From Azolla caroliniana (Eukaryota; Plantae; Polypodiophyta), in the NCBI GenBank assembly GCA_043228905.1, contig JBHGNT010000003.1, positions 7,998,001 through 8,062,000 on the forward strand: a DNA stretch of 64,000 bases. The letters are read 5' to 3'. Shown here piece after piece: positions 62,262 to 64,000 of this stretch. The stretch's first letter is position 1. Every line of letters starts with the position of its first letter. Position numbers and translations under genes: made by a program. The notes below the pieces were generated by a model, which saw only the letters and a list, made by a program, of their open reading frames with translations, was not told the origin of the DNA and made no database searches.

Positions 62262-62631
62262 TGTTGTATGTGTGGCTGGACTAGCCGCAACACAGGTGTC
62301 TATCCGACACTTCTCCAAAGGGGTGGTAGGGATAGGATGTTAATACACGCGTATGATAATTACACTTAAGCACAGACGAAGACAAGATTAATCAGCATAA
62401 GCAAAACTATATTAATTCTTCGCCCTTCATTACAAAACATCGGATCCTTTTATAGGCATCCGGCCAGATTACAATCGGTGCTCGATAGGCAACCGTTAAC
62501 CGAAACTGAATCGGTTCGGATCCGGATCGGTTACAACTACCGGATCCGTCCCTCCTAATAATTCTATTCCTATTTCTATATTTACCCGATCCGACCTTGC
62601 TTTCCCATTTGCCTTCTCTGACCGGCCAACA
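62262..62631 (-). repeat. 5' LTR
   Basis: TG..CA termini, TSD CAAAT at 62632-62636. Confidence 0.96.
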
Positions 62632-64000
62632 CAAATATTTAAAGATCGACTTGTTATTTTTCTTATATATGTATGTGATGACGAAAGATGGCAGGCTACA
62701 CAAGTTGGATGGCCCACATATCTGGTGACATGTCAAGATGTGAGTATGAATGAAGATTTAATGTGTAAAAGCAGACTCTTGAATGTCTCGTTCTTCTTCA
62801 ATTGAGAAATGACGAATGCCACGTGGTGAGAGATGTTAACCCACTAAAGGATCCCTATCCAATCTGTCGACATGTGAAAACTAAGCAACCGAATGATTTA
62901 CAGATCGGCTTGTTTTTAAAAATATAAGTAGGCGATGACGAAAGATGGTGGGCTACACAAGTTGTATGCCCCGCTTATTTCGCGACATGTAAACATGTGA
63001 GTATGACTGAAGGTTTAACGCGTAGTAGCAGAGTGTTGAATGTGTTAGTTGGCTCTTGGGATCTAGGGATGGCTCGGTCTTCTTCAGAACAACAATGACG
63101 AATGCCATGTGGTGAGAGGTGTAATCCCACCACAAGATTTCTATCCAATCCGTTGACATGTGAAAACTAAACAACCAAATGTTTTATAGATCGACTTCTG
63201 TTTTTCTTATATATGTAGACGATGTACGAAAGATGGCGGGCTACACAAGTTGTTTGCCCCACTTATTTGGCGACTTGTCATGATGTGAGTATGAATGAAG
63301 GTTTAACGCGTAGAAGCAGAGTGTTGAATGTGTTAGTTGGCTCTTGGGATCTAGGGATGCCTCGATCTTCTTCAATTGAGCAATGATGAATGCCACGTGG
63401 TGAGAGGCACCATCCCAGTACAGGATCCCCATCCAATCCGTTGACATGTGAAGAGTAAGAAACCCAATGATTTACAAATCGACTTGTGCTTTTTTAATAT
63501 ATTTATGTGATGACAAAAGATGGCGGGTTGCACAAGTTGTATGACCTGTTTATCTGGTGACATGTCACGATGTGAGTATGAATGAAGGTTTAATGTGTAG
63601 AAGGAGAGTGTTTAATGTGTTAGTTGGATCTTGGGATCTCGCGATGCCTTGGTCTTCTCCAAATGAGCAATGATGAATGCCAGGTGGTGAGAGATGTCAT
63701 CACACCACAAGATCCCCATCCAATCCGTCGACATGTGAAAACTTAGCAATGACAAATGCCTTAGTCTTCTCCAATTGAGCAATGACAAATGCCACATGGT
63801 GGGAGATATCATCCCACCACGAGATCCCCATCCAATCCGTTGACATGTGAAAAGTAAGCAACCCAATGATTTAAAGATCGATATGTTTTGTTTTTTATAT
63901 ATGTAGGTGACGACGAAAGATTGCGGGCTACACAAGTCGTATGCCCCATTTATTTGGTGACATGTCAAGAATTGAGTGTGAATGAAGGTTTTAACTTGTA
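62632..64000. repeat. ~288-bp satellite array, right part
   Basis: Anchor motif at 63038, 63326 and ~63613; continues the monomer interrupted at 52475. Confidence 0.93.

Larger units (their letters stand above)
52476..62631 (-). mobile_element. Full-length non-chromovirus Ty3/gypsy element with an extra 3' ORF
   Basis: 370-bp LTRs 52476-52845 and 62262-62631 (one SNP seen), TSD CAAAT, tRNA-Arg-type PBS, gag-pol plus an additional sense ORF. Confidence 0.97.

Overview
The window is a host-gene-free, nested retrotransposon cluster, probably heterochromatin of a non-seed land plant (inferred from plant tRNA primer sites and the element types; the species cannot be determined). From left to right it contains: a decayed minus-strand LINE carrying an intact young Ty1/copia element (201-5606, apparently identical LTRs, 1358-aa Gag-Pol) and a rearranged copia element; several decayed copia fragments and solo LTRs; a 27-kb nest of a tRNA-Trp-primed Ty3/gypsy group (23594-50426); and a ~288-bp satellite carrying a young tRNA-Arg-primed gypsy element with a large extra 3' ORF (52476-62631). 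Three observations stand out. (1) The Trp-primed group has a conserved -1 frameshift cassette (G GAU UUU, 6-nt spacer, predicted pseudoknot) located after the protease. (2) That group makes 4-bp TSDs, every one centred on a CG dinucleotide, and repeatedly inserts into its own relatives. (3) The extra gypsy ORF has a decayed homologue at 12.5-13.6 kb, revealing a conserved C-terminal domain I cannot name. All boundaries and alignments were read by eye; no database searches were run.
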